Of a DNA stretch of 64,000 nt, positions 9,726 through 20,654 are shown piece by piece. The position numbers and the translations under genes are program-made. Each line of letters opens with the position of its first letter. The first letter of the stretch is position 1. This DNA comes from Chloropicon primus (lineage: Eukaryota): assembly GCA_023205875.1 (NCBI GenBank), contig CP060761.1, positions 186,001-250,000 of the forward strand, in the 5' to 3' direction. The notes beneath the pieces are model-generated. The model worked only from the letters and a program-made list of their open reading frames with translations. It was not told the DNA's origin and made no database searches.

Positions 9726-10469
9726 TCGACTGGACGCGCCTCACCAAAGGCGTCGTCGACTACCGATACACCCCTTCCCCTCCTCCGAACATCGCCACCC
9801 TCCCTCTGTGCCCCCTCAGACCTCAGCGCACAACCATTGCTTTGGCCATCTGCGTGTGGTCACTTGCAGACCGGCAGGTCTCCATGGCGTTTACTTGAAG
9901 CACACGCCACCTCCGTCGGCAAGCAACACACCATTCGAATGATCTTGAAGCATACTTTCGCAAGATGTTCACCCCTCCTCCACCTTGGTGCCCCTCTGTC
10001 GACAAAACCTCGCCAAGAAGGTCGCCTCCTCCTCCTGCAGCTGCAGCTGTCACACAGTTTGAAGCCACAGAGAAGAGAGAGAGAGAGAGAGAGAGAGACG
10101 GAAGGCGAAAGCGAAAGGAACTCCATTGCCATTGCCGGTGACGGTGCCGTTCCGCACGAGGAGTGGATGTCGGGAGGTCAGCTCAACGACGCCTCGACCT
10201 CGGCCTCGACCTCGGCTTCTCCTCTGCTGGAGGGAAGCGAACCAAGCAAAGCTTGGAAGGATTGATTTGATTTGAATTGATTTGTGTTTGTTTGAGGATT
10301 GGAGGACCCAATCGGTTGGGTTAGGTGGCGAGCGGAGGGTGGGTCATCGTCATCTGTCCGAGACACTTGCTTGCCATCGTGGTGCTGTTGTCGTTGAGCC
10401 AGGAGGAGCCGAAGGAAGCAGCTGGAAAGGCATTCAGCAACGCAACGCATCGCATTTGTAGAGGAAGGA

Positions 10470-11399
10470 GTGATGAAGGGCGGAGCGATGTTCAGTGAGT
10501 TTGGGGGGAAGGATGCGTACGCGGTGCTCGGGATCGAGGACGGGCCGGAGTGCTCGCAGGCGGAGATCCGAAAGAGGTACAGGAAGCTGGCCTTGAAGTG
10601 GCACCCTGATAAGAACAAGGGGAGCGAGGCTGAGCGTGCGGCGAGGGAGTTCGACCGGGTCCAGAAGGCATACGACGTGCTGACGGATGAGAAGGCCAAG
10701 GAGGCCCTCGACAATTACCTCAAGTGCCACAAGGAGAGAGAGCTGCGGTACCAGAGGGAGAATGCGAGGCGCCTGAAGATGGTGAGGGAGCTGGAGGAGA
10801 GGGAGAGGGGCTCGTTGCGGGAGAAGGACGAGGCGGAGAAGGCGGCGGACCAGCTAGAGAGAGAGCTGAATCGATTGAGGGAGAAGATGTCGGGGAGGCA
10901 GGGGGGTCAGGCACCCCCTCGCGAGGAGGCGACGACTTCCTCTCACCACGAGCTGGTTTCCGCCGGCGAGAAGAAGAGGTCCCTGAAAGTGAGTTGGAGG
11001 AAGACGGCGAGCGGGAGCGACTACACGGTCGCGGACCTGAGGGAGATCTTCGGCAAGTTCGGCTCCAGTGTCGAGGACGTCGTGGTCAGGGACAAGGGGA
11101 CCAAGGGGGCCGCCATTGTCGTTCTGGAATCGCTGGACAGCTGCAAGAGGGCCCTCGCCACCGTCTGCGGCGAGATCTCCAACCCTCTCCTGGTCGTTCC
11201 CCTCGTCAAAGACGCCGGCGATGGGCCCCAGAAGCCCAAGGCCCCGGAGGAGGCGCCCAAGGGGCTGGGCACGTCCTTCGAGAATGATGTCCTGGCGAAG
11301 CTGCGCGCAGCGGCGGCCGCAAAGAAGAGGCAGAGGGACCAGGGCGACCAAGAAGGCAAAGGCGATTTGGCGAAGAAGCACCAGACCGCGGTGCTGTGA
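10470..11399 (+). CDS. DNAJC17: DnaJ domain + RRM protein (DNAJC17/Cwf23-like)
   Basis: J-domain with HPDK, coiled coil, then LKVSW..LREIFGKFG..GAAIVV..NPLLV RRM. Confidence 0.85.
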   Translation: MMKGGAMFSEFGGKDAYAVLGIEDGPECSQAEIRKRYRKLALKWHPDKNKGSEAERAAREFDRVQKAYDVLTDEKAKEALDNYLKCHKERELRYQRENARRLKMVRELEERERGSLREKDEAEKAADQLERELNRLREKMSGRQGGQAPPREEATTSSHHELVSAGEKKRSLKVSWRKTASGSDYTVADLREIFGKFGSSVEDVVVRDKGTKGAAIVVLESLDSCKRALATVCGEISNPLLVVPLVKDAGDGPQKPKAPEEAPKGLGTSFENDVLAKLRAAAAAKKRQRDQGDQEGKGDLAKKHQTAVL

Positions 11400-11533
11400 G
11401 GAGGAGGTCCCTTTGCCGTCGTTTCGTTTGCACAAACAGTGTAGAACTTAATCACGTGTATACAAAAAGAAACCCATTCCGTCGATTTACCAGAACGCGC
11501 TCTCACATTTTTTTTTCCTGCCAGAAAAGACGC

Positions 11534-12277
11534 TCAGAGCTTGTAGCCGTGCGCCTCTGCGTACTTCTTCTGCCTGTGCTTCTCGCTAAGCACGGGGCCC
11601 AGCTGCATGGACCTGTCGAGGACGTCCTTGGCCTCCCTGGCGAGCTCGTGGTCGCTCTCGGAGAGCTTCCTCAGGTTGAGGAGCTTGCTGTCCTCCTTGG
11701 CGTCGCCCGTGAGGGTGAGCTTGGAGAGGAGTGCGTTGCACTCGGCGGCGAGCGGGTGGTCGCTCTTCGCCAGCTTCTCTAGGTTCACCATCTTCCTCTT
11801 GTCCTTGGGAAGGACCCTACCGTGGAGCTGGACGTTCCCGTCCTCCTTCTGCTGCTTCTTCCACTGCTTCCTGGCCTCCGACTCGTCCAGCTGGAACGGG
11901 AGCTTCCAGAGGTCGATTCCAGCCTGCTTCGCGGCTGCCTCTATCCCGTTCTTCTCCACCGTCTTCATGCCCTTGGCGCTCAGCCTCAGCTTCACCCACC
12001 TGTTTCCACGAGGCCAGTACACCCTCTTCACGTGGAGGTTCACATGCTGCAAGCGCTTCGTTCTCACGTGGGAGTGAGACACGGAGTACCCATTGTTCGC
12101 TGTCTTCCCAGTGATGCGACACCACTTGCCGTTCAACTCCTGGCCCTGCTTGGCCTTGCAAGACACCTCCAGCGCGCTCACCCTCGGGGCAGCAGCCGCG
12201 CTCGACCTCCGACTCCTCGCCACCAAGAGCGTCCCCCTCGTCGCCGCCTTCGATCCCAGAGCCAGACCCTTCATCAC
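11534..12277 (-). CDS. PRPL28: Plastid ribosomal protein bL28 with transit peptide and long C-terminal extension
   Basis: [47 protein letters not shown] is the L28 signature. Confidence 0.9.
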   Translation of the reverse strand: MMKGLALGSKAATRGTLLVARSRRSSAAAAPRVSALEVSCKAKQGQELNGKWCRITGKTANNGYSVSHSHVRTKRLQHVNLHVKRVYWPRGNRWVKLRLSAKGMKTVEKNGIEAAAKQAGIDLWKLPFQLDESEARKQWKKQQKEDGNVQLHGRVLPKDKRKMVNLEKLAKSDHPLAAECNALLSKLTLTGDAKEDSKLLNLRKLSESDHELAREAKDVLDRSMQLGPVLSEKHRQKKYAEAHGYKL

Positions 12278-12916
12278 TCCACTCCACTCTCCTCTTCAGA
12301 AAAGAGCAAAAACAAAAACCAGACCGAAACCGTCTCAGTCCCGGGCCAAAATCCTCGACCGAGGGGTCGTTCGAAAGAGAAAGAAGAGAGTCGTGCGTCG
12401 AGCCCTAGTCCGCGTCGAGTGGACGCGCCCCTTCGCTCTGCAGAACACGTACCTTTGCGCGATAAGTTCGGTCCCTCGAGACCTGTTTTGGATAAGAAAG
12501 AAAAAATTTGCGGCTGAGAGGCACAATATTTACTTAGAAATGTAATAGGAAATGTGCGAGTAAAGGGATTTCATTGTTTTGATGCTTTTTTTTTGGCGGG
12601 AGATGGAGATGGAGCTTGAACGAGACGACGAGGAGGTGCTTGAACGAGGACTGGTTACGTCTTCTGTTGCGACAGGCACTGACACACACAGGCACAGGCA
12701 CACACTGTCTCTCTCTCTCTCGCGCGCGCGCGCGCCGCAGCGTTACGTTCATTCGTTCGTTCTTTTTTCCTGCCTGTTTGGTTTGTGCTCGCATCTATTT
12801 ATGTCGATGGAGAGTATGTTGTGGTCCTCCTCGTGAGCATGAGAGCGTTGCGAGTTTGAGGACGAGGTTGGGGGTACCTGTGCTGCTTGTTCTGTTCGGC
12901 CTCGAGGTTGCGCCAG

Positions 12917-14914
12917 ATGTCATCGTCTCATCATCCGTCGAGGGGAAGGGGTGGGAGGAGGGAGGCCTCGTTGCCGATAGATGTGGCTTCGACGTCGTCG
13001 TCGTCGTATCTGTCGTCTCCCTCGGCGAGTCGTGCGGCGAGGTTCTCCCCTGCGCTCGGGACGAGTCCGACCTCATCGAGCTATGGGTCGTCGCCCAAGC
13101 TGGGCTCGGCGAGCACGGCGAGCGCGGCCAAGTCCTGGTACGCGAAGATGAAGTACTCCGACTTGTACGACACCTCGGACATCGAGGTCGGCTTCCTGAA
13201 GGACGAGGTGGGGGAGAAGCGCAGGAGCGGGATGGGCGCTTGGAGCGAGCGGGTCCAGAGTGTCATCGTGGACCTGCCGTTCGAGGAGTTTGCCCGGGAG
13301 GTGGACAGCTACAAGAAGACCAGCGCGGGTGATGTTGGTGGCGAAGGGGGGCGGCCCCAGAAGCACAACCACTTTCACAGAGTCAAGTACTTCAAGAAGA
13401 AGGGAGGGGGGGAGGGGGAGGGGGGGGAGGTCCTGTGGGAGGCGCCCCTCTCGAGGAGGGAGAGGCAGACGCAAAACTTCTCGCCGTCGCCATCGGCCGG
13501 GGGGAGCCCGAGGTCGTATTCGTGCTCGCCGCTCAACTCCCTGATGGGCGGGCTGTCCGTGCGGCTTGCGGCGGACGAGTCCCGGTACGCGTGCACGGAG
13601 GACGTCCTGCCTGACGAGGCCTGGCTCCTCATCCTGGAGGAGATTGGGGTGAAGGAGCTGTGCGTCGTTTGCTCGGTGTCCAAGCACCTCAATGGCCTGG
13701 TGCACTCGTCCCCCTACCTCTGGATGAAGCTGTACAAGAATACCTTTGGGATCGAGCCAGAGACCGAGTGGAGCGCAAAGGTCGTGAAGCACGTCCTGTG
13801 CAAGAGCGAAAGGAGCGCCTCGAAGTGGCTCGATGCCAAGCCGAGCAAGAAGTACGTGGGTTTCAAGTCCACCGCCGTCCTCACGATGGACGACTCCCAC
13901 GCGATCAGCGGGGACGGGCAGAACTTGAGGGTCTGGGTCCACAAGAACGACAGGAGGATCAAGACCCTCAAGGGCCACACGGCCAACATCAGCTGCATAG
14001 GGTTCGACACGAACCATATATCGAGCGGCGACGTCACGGGACACTTGAAGCTGTGGAGCATGGACGAGCTGAGGAACATCAGGTCCCTCCGGGCGCACGC
14101 CGACACCGTGTCCGACACCCTTCACTTTCAGACGCTCTGCATCACGTGCTCGCTGGACGGCTTCATCAAGGTGTGGGACGCGGCCCAGGCGCACCCCCTG
14201 GTGCTCACCCTGGAGGGGAACGCCAGGCTGTACAACATGTGCATGCACGGGGCGAGGAACAGGCTGTATTCTGTGGGATCCGATATCGTTGGCTGGGACC
14301 TGGAGACGGCGCAGCCCGCCCTGCGGATCCGGGAGGACGAGACCATGATCACGGACCCCGACGAGTACTACGGGTACCCCGTCGACGTGTGGCCGGGGAC
14401 GGGGAACTGCTCCAAGGCCCTGGCGAACAACGGCAACCTCCTCGCTTCCGCCGGCAAGGGCATCGTCAACGTTTACGACATCAGGACGAGTGAGAGGTGC
14501 TGCACCTGGGACGTGGGCGAGGGGTTCGACCGGGACGTTCAGGGGGACGTCACCGGGCTGGACTTGGACGACTGGAAGCTCGTGGTCGGGTTCAAGGGAA
14601 GGGAGGGAATAGGCGTGTACGACGTCAGGTCGGCGTCCAGCGGGAGCATGAAGACGGAGCCCGTGATGGAGCTCAGGCCCCCCGAAAGGAGCAGGAGGAT
14701 CGCGTGCTTCGGGGTCTTCGACTCGTACGCCGTGGCCGGCCTCGAGGGGGACCACCAGTGCTACCTGTGGAACTTTGACCAGACCCACGTCGCGGAGGGC
14801 GGCTCGGACGACGACGACGAGGCGAGGCACGCCCACCAGTCCAGGAAGCAGAAGAAGAAGAAGGGAAGGTGCGCCAAGGAGAGGAAGAAGTACCCCAAGA
14901 GAACGACGCGGTGA
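12917..14914 (+). CDS. F-box/WD40-repeat protein
   Basis: F-box (LPDEAWLLIL..LCVVCSVSK..W) followed by WD repeats (LKGHT, SLDGFIKVWD, LDDWKLVVG); first ATG at 12917. Confidence 0.85.
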   Translation: MSSSHHPSRGRGGRREASLPIDVASTSSSSYLSSPSASRAARFSPALGTSPTSSSYGSSPKLGSASTASAAKSWYAKMKYSDLYDTSDIEVGFLKDEVGEKRRSGMGAWSERVQSVIVDLPFEEFAREVDSYKKTSAGDVGGEGGRPQKHNHFHRVKYFKKKGGGEGEGGEVLWEAPLSRRERQTQNFSPSPSAGGSPRSYSCSPLNSLMGGLSVRLAADESRYACTEDVLPDEAWLLILEEIGVKELCVVCSVSKHLNGLVHSSPYLWMKLYKNTFGIEPETEWSAKVVKHVLCKSERSASKWLDAKPSKKYVGFKSTAVLTMDDSHAISGDGQNLRVWVHKNDRRIKTLKGHTANISCIGFDTNHISSGDVTGHLKLWSMDELRNIRSLRAHADTVSDTLHFQTLCITCSLDGFIKVWDAAQAHPLVLTLEGNARLYNMCMHGARNRLYSVGSDIVGWDLETAQPALRIREDETMITDPDEYYGYPVDVWPGTGNCSKALANNGNLLASAGKGIVNVYDIRTSERCCTWDVGEGFDRDVQGDVTGLDLDDWKLVVGFKGREGIGVYDVRSASSGSMKTEPVMELRPPERSRRIACFGVFDSYAVAGLEGDHQCYLWNFDQTHVAEGGSDDDDEARHAHQSRKQKKKKGRCAKERKKYPKRTTR

Positions 14915-15261
14915 TTGATTGATGTGATGAACGATGATGATGGTGATGGTGGTGGTTGGGGGCCGGACCCATTGCACACATCATACTAATACTTTACTTT
15001 ATTATATAATAAGGCTGCATGTCTGTCTCCATGTATGACCAAAATTTTCGGTCAGGGGTTGTGATCAAAATTTCGAGATGACAAATCTGTGATCGAATTG
15101 GCAGCGGAGACCGCTCGTAACGGCTCACGGCCCCCTCGCCGGGGTAAGGTCGAGGGCGCGGCGCACTGCCTGACACAAATACGAACGACCTCGTCGACCA
15201 AGGACGAAGCATTACCAACATTCACAACGTACGAGCAACGACAGCACCAACACCAACAACG

Positions 15262-16110
15262 ATGAAGGCCTCAGCAATTGCCTTGTCTCTCCTCCTGGCT
15301 GCTGCTCCGGGAGCAGTCCAAGGAACGAGACAGCTCCAAGCCGGTGGCGCGAAGGGTGCAGAGCTTGTTTTGTCCAACGGGCTCTATCAGGGCCTCTCCG
15401 GGCCGGCGCTCAAGACCTACCACGAGGTCGTGCCTCATGCCAACTTCGGGGGCCACCGCATCGCGAACCCCGCCGGGCACGCCGACTATGATTACATCCG
15501 CAACCACGACGGGGGCAACCAGGGAAGCGTGACCGGTGTTCTCAGGCACGACGGCGAGGGGGCTGCCGAGGGTGTCGGCAGCGTTCTCTTCAAGCACGTC
15601 ATCGAGCACGAGCCGTGGAACCCCAACAGGACTCCTGGCCCTCACCCAGAGTGGGGAAGGCCCGAGATCCCAGCGTCCGCTCGCAACAACAAGGACCACG
15701 AGACCGTGTACGGAAGGAGGAAGCTCCAAGCCGGTGGCGCGAAGGGTGCAGAGCTTGTTTTGTCCAACGGGCTCTATCAGGGCCTCTCCGGGCCGGCGCT
15801 CAAGACCTACCACGAGGTCGTGCCTCATGCCAACTTCGGGGGCCACCGCATCGCGAACCCCGCCGGGCACGCCGACTATGATTACATCCGCAACCACGAC
15901 GGGGGCAACCAGGGAAGCGTGACCGGTGTTCTCAGGCACGACGGCGAGGGGGCTGCCGAGGGTGTCGGCAGCGTTCTCTTCAAGCACGTCATCGAGCACG
16001 AGCCGTGGAACCCCAACAGGACTCCTGGCCCTCACCCAGAGTGGGGAAGGCCCGAGATCCCAGCGTCCGCTCGCAACAACAAGGACCACGAGACCGTGTA
16101 CGGAAGGTAG
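15262..16110 (+). CDS. Secreted His-rich two-module polyprotein precursor, copy 1
   Basis: Signal peptide, RQLQ, 126-aa module, RKLQ, identical 126-aa module; 390-bp internal DNA repeat. Confidence 0.85.
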   Translation: MKASAIALSLLLAAAPGAVQGTRQLQAGGAKGAELVLSNGLYQGLSGPALKTYHEVVPHANFGGHRIANPAGHADYDYIRNHDGGNQGSVTGVLRHDGEGAAEGVGSVLFKHVIEHEPWNPNRTPGPHPEWGRPEIPASARNNKDHETVYGRRKLQAGGAKGAELVLSNGLYQGLSGPALKTYHEVVPHANFGGHRIANPAGHADYDYIRNHDGGNQGSVTGVLRHDGEGAAEGVGSVLFKHVIEHEPWNPNRTPGPHPEWGRPEIPASARNNKDHETVYGR

Positions 16111-16189
16111 CTGGCTTGAGAGCTGAGGCACAAAAGCACACGCGACGTATCTAATTTATGTAGTCTATTCATTCATATTTACAACCTCT

Positions 16190-16437
16190 TGGAGCTCAGG
16201 CCCCCCGAAAGGAGCAGGAGGATCGCGTGCTTCGGGGTCTTCGACTCGTACGCCGTGGCCGGCCTCGAGGGGGACCACCAGTGCTACCTGTGGAACTTTG
16301 ACCAGACCCACGTCGCGGAGGGCGGCTCGGACGACGACGACGAGGCGAGGCACGCCCACCAGTCCAGGAAGCAGAAGAAGAAGAAGGGAAGGTGCGCCAA
16401 GGAGAGGAAGAAGTACCCCAAGAGAACGACGCGGTGA
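16190..16437 (+). pseudogene. Duplicated 3' fragment of the F-box/WD40 gene
   Basis: Identical to 14667-14914; the junction changes ATG to TTG. Confidence 0.9.
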
Positions 16438-16784
16438 TTGATTGATGTGATGAACGATGATGATGGTGATGGTGGTGGTTGGGGGCCGGACCCATTGCAC
16501 ACATCATACTAATACTTTACTTTATTATATAATAAGGCTGCATGTCTGTCTCCATGTATGACCAAAATTTTCGGTCAGGGGTTGTGATCAAAATTTCGAG
16601 ATGACAAATCTGTGATCGAATTGGCAGCGGAGACCGCTCGTAACGGCTCACGGCCCCCTCGCCGGGGTAAGGTCGAGGGCGCGGCGCACTGCCTGACACA
16701 AATACGAACGACCTCGTCGACCAAGGACGAAGCATTACCAACATTCACAACGTACGAGCAACGACAGCACCAACACCAACAACG

Positions 16785-17633
16785 ATGAAGGCCTCAGCAA
16801 TTGCCTTGTCTCTCCTCCTGGCTGCTGCTCCGGGAGCAGTCCAAGGAACGAGACAGCTCCAAGCCGGTGGCGCGAAGGGTGCAGAGCTTGTTTTGTCCAA
16901 CGGGCTCTATCAGGGCCTCTCCGGGCCGGCGCTCAAGACCTACCACGAGGTCGTGCCTCATGCCAACTTCGGGGGCCACCGCATCGCGAACCCCGCCGGG
17001 CACGCCGACTATGATTACATCCGCAACCACGACGGGGGCAACCAGGGAAGCGTGACCGGTGTTCTCAGGCACGACGGCGAGGGGGCTGCCGAGGGTGTCG
17101 GCAGCGTTCTCTTCAAGCACGTCATCGAGCACGAGCCGTGGAACCCCAACAGGACTCCTGGCCCTCACCCAGAGTGGGGAAGGCCCGAGATCCCAGCGTC
17201 CGCTCGCAACAACAAGGACCACGAGACCGTGTACGGAAGGAGGAAGCTCCAAGCCGGTGGCGCGAAGGGTGCAGAGCTTGTTTTGTCCAACGGGCTCTAT
17301 CAGGGCCTCTCCGGGCCGGCGCTCAAGACCTACCACGAGGTCGTGCCTCATGCCAACTTCGGGGGCCACCGCATCGCGAACCCCGCCGGGCACGCCGACT
17401 ATGATTACATCCGCAACCACGACGGGGGCAACCAGGGAAGCGTGACCGGTGTTCTCAGGCACGACGGCGAGGGGGCTGCCGAGGGTGTCGGCAGCGTTCT
17501 CTTCAAGCACGTCATCGAGCACGAGCCGTGGAACCCCAACAGGACTCCTGGCCCTCACCCAGAGTGGGGAAGGCCCGAGATCCCAGCGTCCGCTCGCAAC
17601 AACAAGGACCACGAGACCGTGTACGGAAGGTAG
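16785..17633 (+). CDS. Secreted His-rich polyprotein precursor, copy 2
   Basis: Identical protein to copy 1. Confidence 0.85.
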   Translation: MKASAIALSLLLAAAPGAVQGTRQLQAGGAKGAELVLSNGLYQGLSGPALKTYHEVVPHANFGGHRIANPAGHADYDYIRNHDGGNQGSVTGVLRHDGEGAAEGVGSVLFKHVIEHEPWNPNRTPGPHPEWGRPEIPASARNNKDHETVYGRRKLQAGGAKGAELVLSNGLYQGLSGPALKTYHEVVPHANFGGHRIANPAGHADYDYIRNHDGGNQGSVTGVLRHDGEGAAEGVGSVLFKHVIEHEPWNPNRTPGPHPEWGRPEIPASARNNKDHETVYGR

Positions 17634-17712
17634 CTGGCTTGAGAGCTGAGGCACAAAAGCACACGCGACGTATCTAATTTATGTAGTCTATTCATTCATA
17701 TTTACAACCTCT

Positions 17713-17960
17713 TGGAGCTCAGGCCCCCCGAAAGGAGCAGGAGGATCGCGTGCTTCGGGGTCTTCGACTCGTACGCCGTGGCCGGCCTCGAGGGGGACCA
17801 CCAGTGCTACCTGTGGAACTTTGACCAGACCCACGTCGCGGAGGGCGGCTCGGACGACGACGACGAGGCGAGGCACGCCCACCAGTCCAGGAAGCAGAAG
17901 AAGAAGAAGGGAAGGTGCGCCAAGGAGAGGAAGAAGTACCCCAAGAGAACGACGCGGTGA
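17713..17960 (+). pseudogene. Duplicated 3' fragment of the F-box/WD40 gene
   Basis: Identical to 14667-14914. Confidence 0.9.
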
Positions 17961-18307
17961 TTGATTGATGTGATGAACGATGATGATGGTGATGGTGGTG
18001 GTTGGGGGCCGGACCCATTGCACACATCATACTAATACTTTACTTTATTATATAATAAGGCTGCATGTCTGTCTCCATGTATGACCAAAATTTTCGGTCA
18101 GGGGTTGTGATCAAAATTTCGAGATGACAAATCTGTGATCGAATTGGCAGCGGAGACCGCTCGTAACGGCTCACGGCCCCCTCGCCGGGGTAAGGTCGAG
18201 GGCGCGGCGCACTGCCTGACACAAATACGAACGACCTCGTCGACCAAGGACGAAGCATTACCAACATTCACAACGTACGAGCAACGACAGCACCAACACC
18301 AACAACG

Positions 18308-19156
18308 ATGAAGGCCTCAGCAATTGCCTTGTCTCTCCTCCTGGCTGCTGCTCCGGGAGCAGTCCAAGGAACGAGACAGCTCCAAGCCGGTGGCGCGAAG
18401 GGTGCAGAGCTTGTTTTGTCCAACGGGCTCTATCAGGGCCTCTCCGGGCCGGCGCTCAAGACCTACCACGAGGTCGTGCCTCATGCCAACTTCGGGGGCC
18501 ACCGCATCGCGAACCCCGCCGGGCACGCCGACTATGATTACATCCGCAACCACGACGGGGGCAACCAGGGAAGCGTGACCGGTGTTCTCAGGCACGACGG
18601 CGAGGGGGCTGCCGAGGGTGTCGGCAGCGTTCTCTTCAAGCACGTCATCGAGCACGAGCCGTGGAACCCCAACAGGACTCCTGGCCCTCACCCAGAGTGG
18701 GGAAGGCCCGAGATCCCAGCGTCCGCTCGCAACAACAAGGACCACGAGACCGTGTACGGAAGGAGGAAGCTCCAAGCCGGTGGCGCGAAGGGTGCAGAGC
18801 TTGTTTTGTCCAACGGGCTCTATCAGGGCCTGTCCGGGCCGGCGCTCAAGACCTACCACGAGGTCGTGCCTCATGCCAACTTCGGGGGCCACCGCATCGC
18901 GAACCCCGCCGGGCACGCCGACTATGATTACATCCGCAACCACGACGGGGGCAACCAGGGAAGCGTGACCGGTGTTCTCAGGCACGACGGCGAGGGGGCC
19001 GCCGAGGGTGTCGGCAGCGTTCTCTTCAAGCACGTCATCGAGCACGAGCCGTGGAACCCCAACAGGACTCCTGGCCCTCACCCAGAGTGGGGAAGGCCCG
19101 AGATCCCAGCGTCCGCTCGCAACAACAAGGACCACGAGACCGTGTACGGAAGGTAG
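18308..19156 (+). CDS. Secreted His-rich polyprotein precursor, copy 3
   Basis: Identical protein; two synonymous changes in module 2. Confidence 0.85.
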   Translation: MKASAIALSLLLAAAPGAVQGTRQLQAGGAKGAELVLSNGLYQGLSGPALKTYHEVVPHANFGGHRIANPAGHADYDYIRNHDGGNQGSVTGVLRHDGEGAAEGVGSVLFKHVIEHEPWNPNRTPGPHPEWGRPEIPASARNNKDHETVYGRRKLQAGGAKGAELVLSNGLYQGLSGPALKTYHEVVPHANFGGHRIANPAGHADYDYIRNHDGGNQGSVTGVLRHDGEGAAEGVGSVLFKHVIEHEPWNPNRTPGPHPEWGRPEIPASARNNKDHETVYGR

Positions 19157-19301
19157 CTGGCTTGAGAGCTGAGGCACAAAAGCACACGCGACGTATCTAA
19201 TTTATGTAGTCTATTCATTCATATTTACAACCTCTTGGATCCCAATCGAAGTCTCGAAAGCAAACACGCGCGCTTGATGAATTTCATTATAAGTCTAACT
19301 C

Positions 19302-20654
19302 TCAATTTATAGTAGCCCCGTCAGTTCCCTGGTTCCACTCCTTCTCGATGGCTTTGACGCTGTCCACCAGCAACGAGCTGGAGTGGAGGGCCACGATCTT
19401 GAAGTTGTCGTGGCAGTCCTTCTTGGATATGATGTTGTCGTGCGCCCACGGCGCGCCCTTGTGAATCAGGATCTTGGTCTTCACGTCCACTCGCCGCCAA
19501 CCGAGGGCCTCCAAATTCTGGATCATCATCTCAATTTTCGGGCAGGTGGCGAGCGCGGGGGAGTTGGGAGGGAGCTCCGCGGGCCATTTGGGCGAGATGT
19601 CCTCGCTCCTGGGGCTCACCTCCTCGTTCACGATGCCATAGGGCGCGTCCTTCCTCTTTATCTTGGGCAAGTCGATCTTTCTCCTGACTGTCGCATTTTC
19701 CCAGGCCACCACATGGTCCCCCCTGATGTTCCCGTAGCAAGTCCTCTCCCTGAAGCTGGCGAGCGCCTCTAGGTACGGCGGAGGCTCCTCCTTCCGCCCC
19801 CCCTCCGCCGCGGCGACCTTTCCCTTCATCGAGTAGGAGGCCAGCTGCTCGATGATCTTGTCCTTGTCCCTCAAGAAGAGCTCGTCCCCGGTGCGCCTGA
19901 GGACGAGCCACACGAAGAAAGACTCGAAGACGTGAAAGAGGAAGGCGGGAATCTTCCCGACCACGGGGATCTGCCCCATCCACCTCAAGCACGGGGTCAC
20001 AGAGTCCTCCGTCTTGATGTCCTTCAGATACGTGTCGTTGCAACCAAAGTGAGGGGTGGTGATGGCGATGAAGTGCAGGGGAGTGAGGCCAAAGATGGTT
20101 GCCTCGCCGCCCTCGTCCTTGAACCTGTGGCCGATCACGTACCGAATGATCAACCCCCCCAAGCTGTGACCTACGAACGAGATGGTTTTGAAGTTGTTCG
20201 GGGCAGACGCCAAACGCAGGTCGAGCTCCGCCATGAGCCTGGCCAAGGGAAAACGATGGAGCGAACGCACAAAACGCAGGCGAGCACGAGCTTCGCGTTA
20301 GTCCTCGCTGCCGGGCAACGGCGGGCGCGCTCCTCCGCGCGAGGGCTTAGCTTACCTGTCGCCACACGTCTTGATTCCATCGAGCGTCTTCGACCTCTTG
20401 TTCACCTTCGAGACGAAGATCTCGATGTTGTCCGTACTGAAGTTCGTGTTCATCACCCTCACGACGTTCATCAGGTGCTTGTGGCTCCCGAAGAGCCCGT
20501 GGACGAGCACAACCAAGTGCTCCTTCTCCCTCTCCGTCGTGTTCTGGACGGGACCAGCGTCTTCCCCCGGCTGCTTTCCATCGCCATTTCCAACCCCCCC
20601 CGCGGCCGGGGCCCCCTCCACCGCACCCTCACTCCCGTCCCCTTCCTCCCCCAT
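19302..20654 (-). CDS. DUF676 putative serine esterase/lipase; exons 20654-20356 and 20238-19302
   Basis: HLVVLVHGLFG, GHSLGG, TTPHFG, GDHVV; GTAAGC...CAG intron restores the frame. Confidence 0.85.

Larger units (their letters stand above)
14667..19239. repeat. Tandem triplication, 3 x 1523 bp, with TGGA junction microhomology
   Basis: Units start at 14667, 16190 and 17713; TGGA recurs at 19236-19239. The only differences I found are at 18832 and 19000. Confidence 0.97.

Noticed and set aside
16189..16437. 82-aa ORF as a new gene
   Set aside because: TTG start created by the duplication junction; a promoterless copy of the WD40 gene tail.
14667..19239. Repeat array considered as CRISPR or an LTR element
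   Set aside because: Units are kb-scale host-gene copies with no spacers, LTR termini or RT/integrase.
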